The translations under genes were made by a program, and so were the position numbers. This document shows, piece after piece, positions 37,693 to 40,200 of a stretch of DNA of 40,200 nucleotides; positions within the stretch are counted from its first letter, which is position 1, and each line of letters opens with the position of its first letter. The notes under the pieces were generated by a model. It worked only from the letters and a program-made list of their open reading frames with translations, did not search any database and had not been told where the DNA came from. Source of the DNA: a virus; IMG/VR virus record IMGVR_UViG_3300028920_000694, positions 1-40,200 of that record; one strand, given 5' to 3'.

Positions 37693-38651
37693 AGAAAATA
37701 CTTGTAACAGGTGGAGCTGGATATTTAGGTTCAGTTCTTTGCAGAAAATTACTAGACAAAGGATATCAAGTCAGAGTGCTAGATAAACTTCTATTTAGTG
37801 ATGGAGGAATACAAGAACTTTATGATAACAAGAAATTCCAATTCATATATGGAGACATCAGAGATGCACCAACTATTAAAAAGGCAATCAAGAAAATGGA
37901 TGCAGTGATTCATTTAGCTGCAATTGTAAATGACCCTGCATCAGCAGTTAATCCAGAATTGACTGAAAAAGTTAATTATCATTCTAGTAGAGAACTTGCA
38001 AAGATGTGTTGGTCATCTGGAGTCAATAGATTCATCTATTCATCTACATGCAGTGTATATGGAGCAAGCAAATCAAGTAGACTTCTAACTGAGAAATCTA
38101 AATTAAATCCTGTATCCATATATGGAAAGACTAAATTGATGGCAGAGAAAGATATACTAGAGTTCTCTGATTATGGATTCTCACCAACTGTATTCAGAAT
38201 GGCTACCCTTCATGGAGTCTCACCTAGAATGAGATTTGATTTAGCAGTGAATGTGATGACAGCGATGGCTAAATATAAAAAACAGTTTAAAGTGTTTGGT
38301 GGAGAACAGTGGAGAGCATTCTGTCACATCCAAGATGCAGCAGATGCATATCTACAATGTCTAGAAACACCAACAGAGAAAGTGAATGGTGAGATATTTA
38401 ATATAGCAACAGAGAATCAGAAGATAATAGAATTAGGCAAACATATAGAGTTAGTGGTTCCAGATTCAAAGATGATTATTGATAAGAAGAATGTAGATAT
38501 AAGAAATTATAGAGTATCTGGAAAGAAGTTTGGACTTAGGAACAGATTCACCATATCTGATAGCATTCAAGAAATAATGAATGGTTCATATATGGACTTT
38601 GAAGATGACATATATCATAATTATAGAATAATGAAGGTGTTGAATGATTAA
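37689..38651 (+). CDS. NAD-dependent epimerase/dehydratase
   Basis: TGGAGYLG, GDIRD, HLAAI, SSTCSVYG, YGKTK, SPRMRFDL.VN; GTG start. Confidence 0.9.
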   Translation: MKKILVTGGAGYLGSVLCRKLLDKGYQVRVLDKLLFSDGGIQELYDNKKFQFIYGDIRDAPTIKKAIKKMDAVIHLAAIVNDPASAVNPELTEKVNYHSSRELAKMCWSSGVNRFIYSSTCSVYGASKSSRLLTEKSKLNPVSIYGKTKLMAEKDILEFSDYGFSPTVFRMATLHGVSPRMRFDLAVNVMTAMAKYKKQFKVFGGEQWRAFCHIQDAADAYLQCLETPTEKVNGEIFNIATENQKIIELGKHIELVVPDSKMIIDKKNVDIRNYRVSGKKFGLRNRFTISDSIQEIMNGSYMDFEDDIYHNYRIMKVLND

Positions 38652-39240
38652 ATATATAGAGTGGGATGAGGAGAAACTGCAGCAGTGGTTTAAAGATAAA
38701 TTCAGGAAGAGAGGCTTAGATATACGTGAGTATATCTTTCTAACCAAGTTCATTAGAGAGATAGAACCAGAGATAGTGATTGATGTAGGAACATTTCTAG
38801 GAGCATCTGGATATATACTAGGAACATCATCACCCAAATTAAAGAAACTATATGCTCTGGAACATCATCATGGATCTACATATTCAGGACCATATAAAGG
38901 ATTAGTTAAGACAGAAGACTATGGAAAGTATCTACCTGAGTATGCTATATTCAAAACAATTGGATATGAAATAGATTTAGAACCAATACTCAAAGAACAT
39001 GAAGGTGGAGATGTATTTATCTTCTTTGATTCAGGTAAGAATCCAATGAGAATCTTTCATCAAGTTCAGATGTGTTATCAGTATAAGATAAGATATGTTG
39101 CATTTCATGATACCAAGACACCACAGGTGAGAAGAGGAATCAAGAGAGTTAAAGAATTAGGATTATATAGAATACACAGTGAATGTTTAGATGCACCTGA
39201 TGAAGGTAAGAAAGGAGTGACTATTCTAGAACTATGTTAG
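38644..39240 (+). CDS. class I SAM-dependent methyltransferase-like protein
   Basis: VIDVGTFLGAS, IFFDS, VAFHD. Confidence 0.65.
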   Translation: MIKYIEWDEEKLQQWFKDKFRKRGLDIREYIFLTKFIREIEPEIVIDVGTFLGASGYILGTSSPKLKKLYALEHHHGSTYSGPYKGLVKTEDYGKYLPEYAIFKTIGYEIDLEPILKEHEGGDVFIFFDSGKNPMRIFHQVQMCYQYKIRYVAFHDTKTPQVRRGIKRVKELGLYRIHSECLDAPDEGKKGVTILELC

Positions 39241-40037
39241 TTATTTCAATTGATGGACTCAACTGGAAGTATGCATCTGAGATATATAAAGACTTATTCA
39301 AAACACAATCAAGTAGAATGATTAGATGTGATGTAAGGGTATTTTCAATGAGAGGAGTATCTGCAACCCCTATAGGATTAACATGTGCATGGTCTGGAGA
39401 AAGAATCAAGAATCTGCATCCATGTTTCTTCACTAGATTTGATGATAAATATAAGAAAGAATCATTCATCTGGAAAGATAAGAATGGAAATGATTTAGAT
39501 TTAGTCTGGAATCACTTCAAGCATCCTAAGTTCTTTGAGAAGGTTGTAGGTGATTCACCATATGCTGGAGAGCAGATATGGAAGTTCTATCATAGTCTAC
39601 CTAATGTGAAGAGGGTGCCTTGTGAGGAACTCTGTATCTTTGCAGAGGCTGCTAGAAAGGATTATGACTTGTTCTGGATACATTCATCTATAGTAAAAGG
39701 TGGAGTAATGTTTCCAGGTCCATATGAGCTAGGTAGACTTCCTGCACTGATTCCTTATGATGATATAAGAAAGGATAAACCATTAAAGAAAGATGTATAT
39801 CTATGTGGCATCCGTAGATATAAAGAAGTTATTAGATGGCTAGAAGAACTATCTGGTGGACAGACTATAGTAGTTACATCTGACCATGGAACACTGGTAG
39901 ATGTGAATGAACCACTAGCACCCCAGATAGATAATATACCCTTAATTGTAAATAGAAAAATAGATTTAGAGGAGGTACGGTTCCAATGGAACTTAAAAGA
40001 TTTAATTCTCAAGTTGAAAAAGACAGAAAATATATAG
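39234..40037 (+). CDS. alkaline phosphatase superfamily metalloenzyme
   Basis: LVISIDGL, SATP (candidate Thr nucleophile), YDLFWIH, VVTSDHG, IPLIV. Confidence 0.7.
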   Translation: MLVISIDGLNWKYASEIYKDLFKTQSSRMIRCDVRVFSMRGVSATPIGLTCAWSGERIKNLHPCFFTRFDDKYKKESFIWKDKNGNDLDLVWNHFKHPKFFEKVVGDSPYAGEQIWKFYHSLPNVKRVPCEELCIFAEAARKDYDLFWIHSSIVKGGVMFPGPYELGRLPALIPYDDIRKDKPLKKDVYLCGIRRYKEVIRWLEELSGGQTIVVTSDHGTLVDVNEPLAPQIDNIPLIVNRKIDLEEVRFQWNLKDLILKLKKTENI

Positions 40038-40045
40038 AAGATTGG

Positions 40046-40200
40046 ATGATTAGTTGGGATTACCAAGAAGAAAGAAAACAGCATGTAAAGTATCCAAATG
40101 AACACCCACAGAGTTTTGATACATATAATGGAATGGCAGATTTGATTAGATGGATGAACTGGATAGGTAAATATACATATCCTCACCAATTCCCAAAAAG
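40046..40200 (+). CDS. partial hypothetical protein running off the window
   Basis: Hand translation MISWDYQEERKQHVKYPNEHPQSFDTYNGMADLIRWMNWIGKYTYPHQFPK..., open to the end. Confidence 0.55.
   Translation, partial: MISWDYQEERKQHVKYPNEHPQSFDTYNGMADLIRWMNWIGKYTYPHQFPK

Noticed and set aside
60-40189. All minus-strand ORFs in the supplied track (for example 3387-3764, 4920-5300, 8449-8808, 34540-34926, 39755-40189)
   Set aside because: They lie antisense to well-supported + strand genes, are Ser/Phe/Ile/Leu-rich as expected for shadows of a purine-rich coding strand, and show no motifs.
1-40200. CRISPR array, rRNA, virion structural genes, integrase, alternative genetic code
   Set aside because: No regular repeats or such genes were recognised; ORFs tile fully under the standard code with TAA, TAG and TGA all used as stops.

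Overview
An AT-rich, CpG-depleted, very gene-dense window with about 60 supportable genes, all on the + strand and tightly coupled (about two dozen ATGA/GTGA/TTGA stop-start overlaps). About 1-5.9 kb looks like a prokaryotic DNA virus, possibly archaeal. It holds a PTP-like phosphatase, an AlkP-family enzyme, several small Zn-ribbon proteins, MazG, a compact class II ribonucleotide reductase split by an HNH-containing intein, an NrdR-like Zn ribbon and Hsp20. About 5.9-40.2 kb is an unbroken ~34 kb block of sugar-nucleotide synthesis and glycan-tailoring genes. These include a nucleotidyltransferase, three NAD epimerase/dehydratases, RmlD, cupins, a DegT aminotransferase, an HldE-like kinase, a split transketolase and five radical SAM/SPASM enzymes. 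The block also has NeuB/NeuC, two CMP-sugar synthetases, two Maf/DUF115-like transferases, four other glycosyltransferases, six methyltransferases, two sulfotransferase-like proteins, a carbamoyltransferase and an acyltransferase. No flippase, polymerase, ABC exporter or other polytopic membrane protein is visible in the block. The best reading (inference) is an autonomous, soluble, probably virus-encoded pathway for a heavily decorated unusual glycan. A ~160 bp CpG-rich, palindrome-dense island at 9167-9323 is a candidate structured RNA or cis element. No capsid, terminase, tRNA, rRNA or CRISPR was seen, so viral origin is not proven. All calls come from motif recognition by eye, with no database searches.
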